From Planctomycetota bacterium (lineage in GTDB: Bacteria; Planctomycetota; UBA8108; SXIK01): DNA of 64,000 nt. The stretch is from positions 320,001 to 384,000 of the forward strand of contig CBDCXR010000004.1 of the NCBI GenBank assembly GCA_965223845.1, in the 5' to 3' direction. The notes under the pieces are model-generated. The model saw nothing but the letters and a program-made list of their open reading frames with translations, did no database searches and was not told the origin of the DNA. A program made the translations under genes and the position numbers. The stretch's first letter is position 1; every line of letters begins with the position of its first letter. This document shows, one piece after another, positions 26,201 through 35,800 of the stretch.

Positions 26201-28687
26201 GCGGAGCGGCAGAGCGACGATTTTAGCCATCTCCGGGTGCGAACGGCGCGGCGAGGGACGCCAAACGCGTACGTTCGGGACGCGCTCGAGCGATTCACGG
26301 AGAGCGAGCTCGTCCGCCTCGAGGTGAACGCGACGGGTTTCGACGTCACTCCTGTGAGTGCGGACGAGGTCGCGCGCTGGCACGAAGCGAATCGGCGAGA
26401 GCTGTCCGAGCCGCCGCGCGTCGATCGCGAGTTTGACGAGCTTCTCACCCTCGCCGAAATCGCCGAGCTCGACGGGGCGGCCGGCGCTCCGCCGAGCGAG
26501 GCGCGCTTCGGCGGGAAGGCGTCTCACCTCGCGAGGCTTCAGGAGACGCTCACCGGCGAGTTCGAGCGCTATCGGAGGAGCGGCTTTGCGATACCGATCG
26601 CCCACTACTTCGAGTTCCTGAGCTCGAATACGATTCCCTCGCTCGGCGATCCCGACACTGAAGTGACGTACGCGGAGTACCTCGAGGAGCTGCGCGGAAG
26701 CGACGAGTTCGTGAGCGATTCTGCGCGGCGCTTCGAGCTGCTCGCCGCATTCCGTGAGCACATCGAGGATCACGGTGAGGTTTCCGCGGCACTTGTTCGT
26801 CGCGTCGCGCTCAAGGTGGCGGCGGTATTCGGGAGCGCGTCGACTCCGATTCGGCTGCGCTCGTCGTCGAACCTCGAGGATGCCCTCGAGTTCAACGGCG
26901 CCGGTCTCTACGACTCGACGTCGGCGTGCGCCGCCGATGATCTCGACGCGGATTCGGGCGGACCGTCGCGCTGCGATGCCGCGCGAACCGAGGAGCGTGG
27001 CATCGCGCGCGGTCTCAAGCGGGTTTGGGGGAGCCTCTGGAACTTCCGCGCGTACGAGGAACGCGCGTTCTACGGTGTCGACGAGACCGAGGTTGCGATG
27101 GCGGTTCTCGTCACCGGGGCGTTCACCGACGAGCGCGCGAACGGCGTCGCGTTCACCGGCGACCCGTCGGGGGCGGACGACCGCTTCGTCATCGTCGCGC
27201 AGGTGGGGGAGAACAGTGTCGTGAGCCCCGAGCCGGGCGTCGCCGCGGAGCGGAGCCTTCTCGAGGTCGTGGACGGCGAGGTCGTCTCGATCGTCCGCGC
27301 TCGCGCGTCGTCTCTCGTCGAGAACGGCGAGTCGGTGCTCGACGACGACGCGCTCCGCGAGCTCGGTACCGTACTCTGGCATCTCGCGGAGACGTATCCC
27401 GTCGATCTCGGCGGGCACGCTCAGAGCGACGTTCTCCTCGACGTCGAGTTCAAGCTCGACGCGGACGGAAAGGTCGCACTCAAGCAGGTGCGGCCGTTCC
27501 TCCGGACTCAGTCGTCGCAACCCGAGCCCGTCTTCGAGCTCGTCATACCTCCGGGGACGCTCGCCTGCGGTAAGTTCGACATCGCGCGAGATCTGCGCGA
27601 GGAGTATCGACACCAGAGCGTGCTTCGCTTCGTGCCCGGACGCGTCGCGCTCGCGGCCGGAGCGGAACGCTTCGCCGCGAGCATCGTCGAGGACATCGAG
27701 TTCGGGCCTGAGCGCCAACTCGCGACTCCGAGCGGACCCGGGGAGTTTACCGTAACGAAGAGCCGCACGGTCGACGGCGACGATCGGTACCGGTTCGATT
27801 ACGAGCAGGAATTCGCGCTTGCGGACGATTCCCGGGCGAAGCTCGAGATCTTCGGGCTCGAGTTTTTCGCGCGCGACGGGATCGCGTTCGAGCTTTCGCG
27901 TACGGTCGACGACGAACTCCTCACCGACGCCTTGGCCGCGGAATTGACGCCCGCTGACGGCGGCAATTTCACCCGGATCGAGTATTCATCCTGCGCGTAC
28001 GGGCAGCTTCCTCTTTGGATCGTCCACGCGGAGATCGCCGACGGCACGGTACTTCGTCTCGAGGAGAGATTCCGGCGTGAGCCGGAGGAAGAGACCGGAC
28101 CCGCCGCGCTCGTCCGCGCGGATGTCGAATTCGGTGAGACGGTGGGCGGAGGTGCGCAGACGATCACCGACTACTGGAAGCTCGTCTACACGGCGGTGCG
28201 TCACAATCGCGAAGTGAACTACCTCGTTCTCCTCGAGACCCCTGTCGAGCTTGCGGGCCTCGACGCACCGGTTCACGCGATCGAGCTCGTCCCCCCCGAC
28301 CCGTTCCACGAAGTCGACGTCGGCGCGCGCTACCTCGGCGCGGGGCTCGAGCTTCTCACTCGCGCCGAGCTCGTCGAGTTCGATCGCTCGCCCGCCGACG
28401 ACCCGGAGAATCGGCCGTTCCGCCGCGGCGATGCGACCGGAAACGGCAGCCTCGAAGTGAGTGACGCGCTCGCCGTGCTCCGGTATCTCTTTGCGCGCGG
28501 CGACGTTCCCGGCTGTCTCAAGGCGATCGACGCGAACGACGACGGCCGACTGAACGTCACCGATGCGGTGAAGATCCTCCTTCGCCTCTTCGGAGAAGAC
28601 GAGGGGCTGCCCGAACCCTTCGACCGTTGCGGACTCGACCCGACGCCCGACGAGCTCGGGTGTGAGTCGTCCGGCGCGTGCGCGTGA
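23222..28687 (+). CDS. Secreted FG-GAP-repeat protein fused to a PEP/pyruvate-binding (PPDK_N, ATP-grasp) domain and a dockerin-like tail
   Basis: GAGGAG RBS; signal peptide; DCNGNG repeats; many DxDGDG repeats; FGGKA, RLRSSSNLED...FNGAGLYDS, KRVWGSLWNFRA..ER, MAVLV...ANGVAFT, DVEFK...KQVRPF; C-terminal FRRGDA...DANDDG. Confidence 0.88.
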   Translation: MPPRRSFARLLLSCVLVSSASLAGTSLVRAADCNGNGVDDASDVESGTSDDCNLDGVPDECEVAALRFGATDAVVPLDQRARVLRSVDVDGDGDMDLVTGNRQSRQLSTVSVLRNRGDGTFESAAYSAAIDDETDSLYALEILDLDGDGDPDLVSANEAALLLLFNEDGRGEFSPPVSVPLPVESRIIASGDVDGDGHKDVAVAHRGGGAVTILRSDGAGGLSPAGELELPEEARSLRLADFDGDGRTDLASAGRSADGIFFLGDGAGGFGPAATVSLGARSAELAIAADLNADGRADLVARTSRSLFVVFAGDEGGFAPPVAIPGVPRSALAADADVDGDFDLVIGQIGKVTVRTNDGAGRFGISFDSVLPTNPIALAAGDFDGDHVPDLALAAVAGSTSEVIVLRGGAESAASVVSDPVPLTGCADPRGCRPHSGTSGDFDGDGKLEVLASITHPGSFAITTTKSGDLEFEGIHVFGGEHPQSVAAGDIDGDGDTDAVTVDNLDHNLYVHVNDGSGSFGRSPSRYRVGNAPINVALFDIDGDGALDAASADESGGTVTVLFSDGAGDFSDGKQTLRVGGNPKAVAAGDLDGDGDGDVAVAIPSRGRVSVLLNIGERRFGEESSYQTSGQPNHVTMGDFDGDGDLDLATANSSQTSSIFLNAGDGTFGEATQVAIGQRPYSVMAVDFDGDGWLDLVTGNEASSNVSILPGRGDGTFDAPTHVEGGNGLRFVAPGDWDEDGDLDLATIDREGHSITILRNESPASLPDYLERLCTPREYELLSARSTTRGGADRFLKFTIAADDDDALLPAAFQNTDRYELHLDFLEQVFPERFGGLTPAEYAQLVEKRSTRRYFAGVVSRIRRPTGTLYGFSVVADFGDPVERLDAAEMKDVYERLRRHVHLEPLAYAPATRDAIAVAEGWEDPGFPVELGDADAGLAYESYTSGIAYGRVRVLDGDAFDEANESGRLSARDILVLERAPRDIEGVVGGVITAERQSDDFSHLRVRTARRGTPNAYVRDALERFTESELVRLEVNATGFDVTPVSADEVARWHEANRRELSEPPRVDREFDELLTLAEIAELDGAAGAPPSEARFGGKASHLARLQETLTGEFERYRRSGFAIPIAHYFEFLSSNTIPSLGDPDTEVTYAEYLEELRGSDEFVSDSARRFELLAAFREHIEDHGEVSAALVRRVALKVAAVFGSASTPIRLRSSSNLEDALEFNGAGLYDSTSACAADDLDADSGGPSRCDAARTEERGIARGLKRVWGSLWNFRAYEERAFYGVDETEVAMAVLVTGAFTDERANGVAFTGDPSGADDRFVIVAQVGENSVVSPEPGVAAERSLLEVVDGEVVSIVRARASSLVENGESVLDDDALRELGTVLWHLAETYPVDLGGHAQSDVLLDVEFKLDADGKVALKQVRPFLRTQSSQPEPVFELVIPPGTLACGKFDIARDLREEYRHQSVLRFVPGRVALAAGAERFAASIVEDIEFGPERQLATPSGPGEFTVTKSRTVDGDDRYRFDYEQEFALADDSRAKLEIFGLEFFARDGIAFELSRTVDDELLTDALAAELTPADGGNFTRIEYSSCAYGQLPLWIVHAEIADGTVLRLEERFRREPEEETGPAALVRADVEFGETVGGGAQTITDYWKLVYTAVRHNREVNYLVLLETPVELAGLDAPVHAIELVPPDPFHEVDVGARYLGAGLELLTRAELVEFDRSPADDPENRPFRRGDATGNGSLEVSDALAVLRYLFARGDVPGCLKAIDANDDGRLNVTDAVKILLRLFGEDEGLPEPFDRCGLDPTPDELGCESSGACA

Positions 28688-28821
28688 TCGCCGCCGGGCG
28701 AAGCGATGCTGGACCGGCGTCCGGAGCGAGCGAGTTTCCGCTCCCGTGGGCCTCGGCCATCCGCTATCGTTGCTGAGAGCGGTATTGCCGGTGTTCGAAG
28801 GTCGGTCGGACGGAAGCGGAC

Positions 28822-31662
28822 ATGAGTTTTGCTAAGCGATTCTGCGTCGTCGCCTTTCTCGTTTTTGGGTTGGGACTGAGAGCGGACGCCGACATTCTGA
28901 CGCCGGCCGAAGTCCGCGCGACGAGCCAGTTCGGACTCGGGATCGAGATCGACAATCTCGTCAACGGCTCGGGGCTCGACGGCGAGGGTCCGATCGAGGG
29001 ACAGCTCCACAACAACGATCCAAATCATATGTGGTTCGCGGGCTGTGCGGACGCCGGCATCGAGGGCGGGACGCCCGACGGCGGGTGCGACGACCCGTTC
29101 GCGCTCGCGCCGGTTGACGAGCAGATCGTCGAGTTCGAGCTCGACGCGACCTACGCGCTGAGCTCGGCTCTCGTGTGGCAGTACAACGAGCTCAATCCGA
29201 ACGGTGGTCCGTTTCCCGGGCGAGGCGTGAAGAAGTTCGAGCTGCAGATCTCGCCGACCCTCACGGATCCGTTCACGATTCTCGGCGAGGTCGAGCTCGA
29301 GATCGCGGAGCCCGACCCGACGCCGGGTGTGTTCTCCGAAGCCGCGCAGATCGTTCTGTTCGCGGGCGACCCCCTCGTAAGGCGGGTGCGTTTTCGGCTT
29401 CTTGAAGCACACAGCGGCGACTCGCCCGAGTTCATCGGGCTCTCCGAAGTGAGGTTCGACGGGGTGCCGACGTTCGGTCCGTTGCCGCCTCGCGTGACGC
29501 GGTTCCTCTCGCGGAGTACCTTCACGGACTCGTCGACGCCGGTGAGCGTAAGACTCGACGTCACCGTCGAGCCCGACACCGGGCCGTTCGAGATCGCCCT
29601 TGTCGAGAACTTGCGGGACGGCTGGACGGCGACCGACATCTCGGACGGCGGAAGCGTCGCGGAAGGGACCGTGAGCTGGATGCTCTCCGCAGTCGCTGAG
29701 AGCACGACTCTCTCGTACACGCTCGTACCCGACGACGTGACGATGACGCCAGTCGAGCTGTCGGGATCGTTCATCGTCGACGGCGGCGACTTCACGGGCG
29801 ACGTCGCCGGGGATCGACATCTCACTTGGTCGGAGAGCGCGCCCGCAATCACGGCGCAGCCCCAAGGCGGGAGGGTGATCGTGGGAGGCTCGTTCACGTT
29901 CTCCGTTGAAGTGACGGGGTCGGAGCCGATCAGCTTTCAATGGGAGAAGGACGAGGAGGCGATCGATGGTGCGACGGAGCGCGAGCTCGTCCTCACCGAT
30001 GTCGCCTTCGAGGACGCCGGCGAGTACTCGGTCGTGGTGAGCAACGCCGAGGACGTCATCGTGAGCGATTTCGCGCTCCTCGAAGTCACACCGCCGAATC
30101 TCGCGCTCTGCGGAATCGCGACTCAGTCGACGACGCTTTTCGACAGCGTCGCGTCGCGCGCGATCGACGGCAGCACGGACGGCAGTACCGATGCCGTGAC
30201 GCACACGACGTTCGGGGATCCCGTTCCGTGGTGGGAAGTGAGACTCGGCGCGAGCGCGACGATCGACACGATCGTCTTGTGGAACCGAAACGAGCTTCCC
30301 GAGCGCCTCTCGAACTTCACGGTCTCCGTGCTCACCGTCGATCGTGAGGTCGTGTGGAGCGACGAGTTCTTCCCCGAGGGGGCGAACCCGCCGTTTCCCG
30401 ATCCCGCGAGCGGCGGATTCGCGATCGACATCGGCGTCGAGGGGCGGATCGTTCGCGTCGAGAAGGGCGAGAGCGTCAACCTAACGCAAATCGGCCAGTT
30501 CCTTTCGCTCGCGGAAGTCGAGGTGTTCGGAACGGAGGCGTGCACCCCCGAGCCGGATCCCGAGTGTCCGGCAGACGGTGATCCCGACTTCGGCGATACG
30601 CACTGCGGCTCGATTGCGATCGAGGGACCGGACGGAAACGCTGTCGGCGACTATCTCGTCACGGCGCAGGGCACCGACGACAGCGGCGACACGGTCCATT
30701 ACACGTTTACGGCGGTCCACCAGGTCTACGGAACGACGCACACGCGCGGTCCGCACGCGGTTCCTTGGGCTTATCTCCCGCTCACGTACGGAGCGTGGGA
30801 CGTCACGGTCACCGCTGACGACTTCTCTTCGTGCGACGATGAGGCCGTCGACGCAACGTGCACGGACACCGTGACGGTGACCGATCCGACTTGCGTCGAG
30901 GGCGAGCTCTGCAACGTCGCGATCCGCGGTCTCGCGAGTCAGTCGTCTATCTTTCTCTATGAGGCACGGCTCGCGATCGATGGGAACACGGACGGAAACC
31001 TCAACAACAACACCGTGACCCACACCGGCTTCGACGACCCCGCGCCCACGTGGGAAGTCGAGCTCGATCGGGACTACGCGATCGAGAGAATCGTCCTTTG
31101 GAACCGGACGGATTGCTGCTCCGAGCGCCTGACGAACTTCGCCGTGACGCTTTTCGACGCGAACGGCGACGAGGTCTGTCGAGAGGAGTTTTTCACGGAC
31201 GGCACGGAGTTCCCGGACACCATGGTCGAGGGCTTCGCCGTCGAGCTCGAGGGGGAAGTGGGGCGCACCGTGCAAGTGGCGCTACAGAACACGCATCCGG
31301 GATTCAATCAAAGCCAGTTCTTTCTCTCGCTCGCTGAGGTTCAGATCTTCGCCGAGGACGAGGGGATGCCGCCGGTCGAGTTCCGTCGCGGCGACGTCAA
31401 CGACGACGCCGGCGTGAACATCGCGGACGCGATTTTCGTCCTCAACGATCTCTTCGGTGACGGCCGATCCTCGACTTGCGCGGAGACTCAGGACGTGAAC
31501 GGCGATGCGGCGGTGAACATCGCCGACGCGGTGTTTCTTCTCAACAACCTCTTCGGGACGGGGCCGTCTCCGATCGACGGCGCGGGCGAGAAGGGGACGG
31601 ATTGCGGACCCGATCCGAATCCGGCCAACTCGCTCGGCTGCGAGACGTACACGAGCTGCTGA
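28822..31662 (+). CDS. Secreted multi-domain protein: discoidin-like domain, Ig-like domain, two fucolectin/F5-8-type domains, dockerin-like tail
   Basis: Signal peptide; PAITAQPQ...FQWEKD...DAGEYSVVVSN (Ig); two NxA..G.A.QS...A..AIDG...VTHT...W.V.L...IVLWNR...ERL.NF...LSLAEV units; FRRGDVNDD tail. Confidence 0.85.
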   Translation: MSFAKRFCVVAFLVFGLGLRADADILTPAEVRATSQFGLGIEIDNLVNGSGLDGEGPIEGQLHNNDPNHMWFAGCADAGIEGGTPDGGCDDPFALAPVDEQIVEFELDATYALSSALVWQYNELNPNGGPFPGRGVKKFELQISPTLTDPFTILGEVELEIAEPDPTPGVFSEAAQIVLFAGDPLVRRVRFRLLEAHSGDSPEFIGLSEVRFDGVPTFGPLPPRVTRFLSRSTFTDSSTPVSVRLDVTVEPDTGPFEIALVENLRDGWTATDISDGGSVAEGTVSWMLSAVAESTTLSYTLVPDDVTMTPVELSGSFIVDGGDFTGDVAGDRHLTWSESAPAITAQPQGGRVIVGGSFTFSVEVTGSEPISFQWEKDEEAIDGATERELVLTDVAFEDAGEYSVVVSNAEDVIVSDFALLEVTPPNLALCGIATQSTTLFDSVASRAIDGSTDGSTDAVTHTTFGDPVPWWEVRLGASATIDTIVLWNRNELPERLSNFTVSVLTVDREVVWSDEFFPEGANPPFPDPASGGFAIDIGVEGRIVRVEKGESVNLTQIGQFLSLAEVEVFGTEACTPEPDPECPADGDPDFGDTHCGSIAIEGPDGNAVGDYLVTAQGTDDSGDTVHYTFTAVHQVYGTTHTRGPHAVPWAYLPLTYGAWDVTVTADDFSSCDDEAVDATCTDTVTVTDPTCVEGELCNVAIRGLASQSSIFLYEARLAIDGNTDGNLNNNTVTHTGFDDPAPTWEVELDRDYAIERIVLWNRTDCCSERLTNFAVTLFDANGDEVCREEFFTDGTEFPDTMVEGFAVELEGEVGRTVQVALQNTHPGFNQSQFFLSLAEVQIFAEDEGMPPVEFRRGDVNDDAGVNIADAIFVLNDLFGDGRSSTCAETQDVNGDAAVNIADAVFLLNNLFGTGPSPIDGAGEKGTDCGPDPNPANSLGCETYTSC

Positions 31663-31668
31663 TTCGCG

Positions 31669-32700
31669 TCAGCGCGGAGGTTTCGCGGGAAGCGCCATCC
31701 TCTCGACGAGGTCGCGGAAGCGCGTATCGTCGCGGAGCTCATCGAACCACGGCTCCTCGCGAACGAAGACGAGCTCCCAAGCGCGCTCGCGGTAGGCTTC
31801 CTCGAGGAGCTCGTACGCGCGTTGCTTCTCGCGGAGACCGACGCAGATATAGGCGCGCTGAACGGGCGGAACGTGCCAGCGTTCGGCGGCGCGTTCGAGC
31901 TCCTCGAGAACCGCGCGCGCTTCGGTTTCGCGACCGGCTTCCGCGTAGGCGTGACCGAGTCCCGCGTACACTTCTGCCGTCTTGTCCGAAAGGCGAGCGG
32001 CCGTCTCGTAGGTCGGGATCGCTTCGTCGAAGGCGTTCAGCTCGACGTAGGCCATCCCGAGCCAGTCGTGCGCCCACGGCGACGCCGGATCGATGGCGAT
32101 GACGTCTCGTAAATGGTCGCGCATGGTGGCGAATTCGCGCGCAAAGTAGAGGACGGCAGCCTTTCCGATCTTGAAGCCGAGCTCATCCGGCGCGAGCTCC
32201 GTCGCGCGCGTCGACTCCGCGATCGCCCGAGGGTGATCTCCCATCGCAGCGAGATAGAGTGCGTACCAGTGCCGCGCTCTTGCGTCCGTCGGGTCGAGAC
32301 GAATCGCGTGTTCGAGAGAGAGCCGCGCTCCGTCCCAGTCCCAATCGCAGAGCCGGACGATCCCGAGTGCGACGTGCGCCGCAGCGACATCGCTTCCTAA
32401 TTCGGTGGCGCGATTCGCGGCGTCTCTCGCGCGCGGGAGAGCTCCTTCACGCGAGTAGTACCCGAAGCACCAAAGGGTCGCGAATGCTTCGGCGACGCCG
32501 GCGTGTGCCCGAGCGTCGTTCGGGTTTCGCTCGAGTGTCTCTTCGTGGAGCGCGACGACGCCTTCGAACGCTCGGCGATACTCTCCGCCGAGGGACGGCG
32601 CAGGCTCGCGGTGGATGGGATCGCTCGGCGCGTCGACAACCGGCGAACAAGCGGCGGCGGTGAGGGCGACGACGAGAACGAAGAGTCGGCGTTTCTTCAT
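31669..32700 (-). CDS. TPR-repeat lipoprotein
   Basis: Lipobox AAAC; TPR units; C-terminal V..EPWFDELRDD.RF.DL..RM.L resembling the TPR tails of TolB-like/adenylate-cyclase-type proteins. Confidence 0.8.
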   Translation of the reverse strand: MKKRRLFVLVVALTAAACSPVVDAPSDPIHREPAPSLGGEYRRAFEGVVALHEETLERNPNDARAHAGVAEAFATLWCFGYYSREGALPRARDAANRATELGSDVAAAHVALGIVRLCDWDWDGARLSLEHAIRLDPTDARARHWYALYLAAMGDHPRAIAESTRATELAPDELGFKIGKAAVLYFAREFATMRDHLRDVIAIDPASPWAHDWLGMAYVELNAFDEAIPTYETAARLSDKTAEVYAGLGHAYAEAGRETEARAVLEELERAAERWHVPPVQRAYICVGLREKQRAYELLEEAYRERAWELVFVREEPWFDELRDDTRFRDLVERMALPAKPPR

Positions 32701-32816
32701 CGGATGGGCTCGTTCGCCCTACCTTTGTGGACGGCTCGGGTACACTGGAAGCTCGTCGATGGCCGAGGATCTCTCGTTGCCGTTTCGGCTCAACATCGGA
32801 AGGTGGATCGTCCGGG

Positions 32817-35800
32817 ATGACGGAACAGAAGTCGAGAGCACGATTCCTTCTTGCGGGGATTGCGCTCGTGGCCGCTGCAGTCGCGATCGTTGTCGTCTTC
32901 GATCGAGGCCGACGAGAGGAGAGGACTCCCCCGGTCGAACTCGCCGAAGGCGACGATTCGGCTCCGCCGGCAGAATCCGAGAAGGACGGCGATCGGCTCG
33001 AATTCCGCAGCGCGGACGAGGCGCGCGCGTTTGTCGCGCGTGCGAAGTCGTCGCTCGCCCGTCAACCGGGCGATGCGCGCCTTCACCGACAGCTCGGAAC
33101 GGCCCTGAGCGCGCTCGGTGAGCGAGACGACGCGCTCGCTCACTACGGCCGAGCCGTAGAGCTCGCGCCGAGCGACGCCGAAGCGCAGAACGATTTCGCC
33201 GTACTTCTGGCCGCGAGCGGGCAGATCGAGCGGGCCATGGCGCACTTTCGCGCGGCGATCCGCGTCGACCCCGATCACGCCGAGAGTCGAGTCAATCTCG
33301 GGAATACGCTCGTCGTTCAGAGAAAGTTTGCGGAGGCGATCCCGCACTTTCGCCGTGCGATCGCAGTGCGGCCGGACTACGCGAAGGCGCACAACAACCT
33401 CGCCGTCGCTCTCAAGGAAACGGGGAGTATCGACGAGGCGCACGTCCACCTTCGTGAGGCGATGCGTTTCCGTCGCGAGCAGGCGGCGTCGACGTCTCGC
33501 GACTCTCCGGCCGTCGCGGAGAGACGAGAGGGCGCCGAAGATTCCGCGGATTCGCGAAGAGCAGCGGAGCGCGACGCCGAGGGTGTCGCGGCGATGACGA
33601 CGCGACGCATCGAGTCGGAGCGAGCGTCGGCCGCGACCGCTCTCGATCCGAGCTCCGACGGCTGGGAGTCGGAAGCGGTCGCCGAAACGGCGAAAGCGCG
33701 GCTCGAGCGACTCGCCGCACTCCTCTCGGGTCCGGGACCGATCGACCCGACGAGCTTCGACGGCCTCGTCTCCGCCGATCCCGAGTCGACGGAGTTCGAC
33801 GGGAAACTCGAGGAGGCGTACCGCGACGCGGTCCTCACCGTGCGCCGTCGAGCGGCGCCCGTCACGAAAGAGGATCGGGTGAACCGAGGGCGCGCATCGC
33901 TCGCGAAAGCACTCGAAACGCTCGCGGCGCCGCTCCGTGGAGCGAGCGATGTCGAAACGCACGTAAAGATCGTCCGCGTCGATCTCGCCGGCGATTCCGT
34001 CGCTACCCTCGCGTACTTCGACGCGAGTGGTCGTACGGGCGCGGGTGCAGTCGGAGTTCGCGATGTATGGCGATGCCGCTGGGCGCGAGAGAACGGTGAG
34101 CTGCTTCTCGATTCTCTGAGTTCGGACGACTACGAACGGATCGACGCTCGCGGATCCCGGTGGTTCACCGACTGTACGGCGGCGGTTCTCGGAGCGAACG
34201 ACTCGTTCGAGCGCCAGCTCGTTCCCGGACTCAACCACTGGCTCGCCCGCATCGAGCGGGTCCACAGCATGCACGTCTTCGCGCGTTACGGACTCGCGGT
34301 CGGCGACGTCAACGGCGACGATCTCGACGATGTCTACGTGTGTCAGCCGGGCGGTCTCCCGAATCGGCTCTACGTGCAGAACGCGGACGGGACGGCGAGC
34401 GACACCTCCGCGGCCGCCGGGGTCGACTGGCTCGACCACACGAGCAGCGCGCTCCTCGTCGATCTCGACGGTGATGGCGATCAGGATCTCGTCGCGGCGA
34501 CGATCTTCGGACTCATCCTCATGGCGAATGACGGGCGGGGCTCGTTCGCTCGTCGCGCGGTTCTTGCGCCGCGCGACATCGATCTCCACTCTCTGAGCGC
34601 CGCGGATTACGACGGCGACGGAGACCTCGACCTCTACATCTGTACGGACTTCGCGCAGGAAGTCGCACGCCCCGGGGCAGGAACGGGATTCGTTTACCAC
34701 GACGCGAACGATGGCGGAGCGAATCTTCTCTTTCGAAACGACATCGCGTCGAGCGAGGACGGGGCGTCGGTCGAGGGTGGGGCGACTTGGTCGTTTACCG
34801 ACGTCACGAAGGACGTCGGGCTCGACGTCGACAACCGCCGGCACAGCCTCGCGGCGGCGTGGGAGGACTACGACAATGACGGCGATCCCGACCTCTACGT
34901 CGCGAACGACTACGGTCAAAACTGCCTCTACCGAAACGACGGCGGACGCTTCGTGAACGTCGCTCGCCAGGCGGGCGTCGTCGATTTCGGCTCGGGAATG
35001 TCGGTGAGCTGGGCCGACTTCAACCGCGACGGTCGCTTGGATATCTACGTCGGGAACATGTTCTCCTCGGCGGGAAATCGCATCACGCGCCAGCTCGGCT
35101 TCAAACCCGGCGTGAACGAGACGACGCGCGAACTCTACCGCCGTTTCGCGAAGGGAAACTCCCTCTTCGAGAACATTGGCGGCGGCACGTTCCGCGAGGT
35201 GGGCGCGGAAGCGGGCGTCGAGATGGGGCGCTGGGCGTGGAGCTCCGTGTTCGCGGACATCAACAGCGACGGCTGGGACGATCTCCTCGTCGCGAACGGC
35301 TACATCACGACGGAAGACACCGGCGACTTGTGAAGCTTTTTCTGGCGACAGGTCGTGTCGCACGGACGAGTCGCAGTGAGGGACGTGCCGTCGAGCGGGG
35401 GCGCGGCGACCGCCGGCACTCGGCTCCACGATTTCATCCGGCGGGGACGCTCCTTTAGTGGTCGAGAGCGAAACTGCTGCTTTCTCAATACGGGGCGCGC
35501 CGCGCGCCGGTTCGCGGATGTCTCCACCGTGAGCGGGTTCGACTTCGCCGACGACGCCCGTGCGATCGCGCGCGTCGATTGGGATCACGACGGCGACCTA
35601 GACTTTTGGGTCGCGAACCGAAGCGGGCCGCAAGTGCGCTTTCTCCGCAACGATGTTCCTCGTGCCGGTCGATCGATCTCGCTCGCTCTAGTCGGCACTC
35701 GCTCGAATCGCGACGCGATCGGAGCGCGCGTCGAGATGGTCTTCGCAAATGAGGCGCATCCGAAGCTCGTCCGCTCGCTCCGCGCGGGAGACGGCTTTCT

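Noticed and set aside
31657-31668. C-terminal Cys-TGA (TSC*) as a possible C-U motif
   Set aside because: The other dockerin-like tails end at the same position, three of them with TAG or TAA, and read-through would run antisense into the convergent TPR gene.
25034-35588. Long antisense ORFs (25034..27718, 28330..30204, 32790..35588 and similar elsewhere)
   Set aside because: They are shadows of real genes on the opposite strand, expected in high-GC DNA, and show no recognisable motifs.
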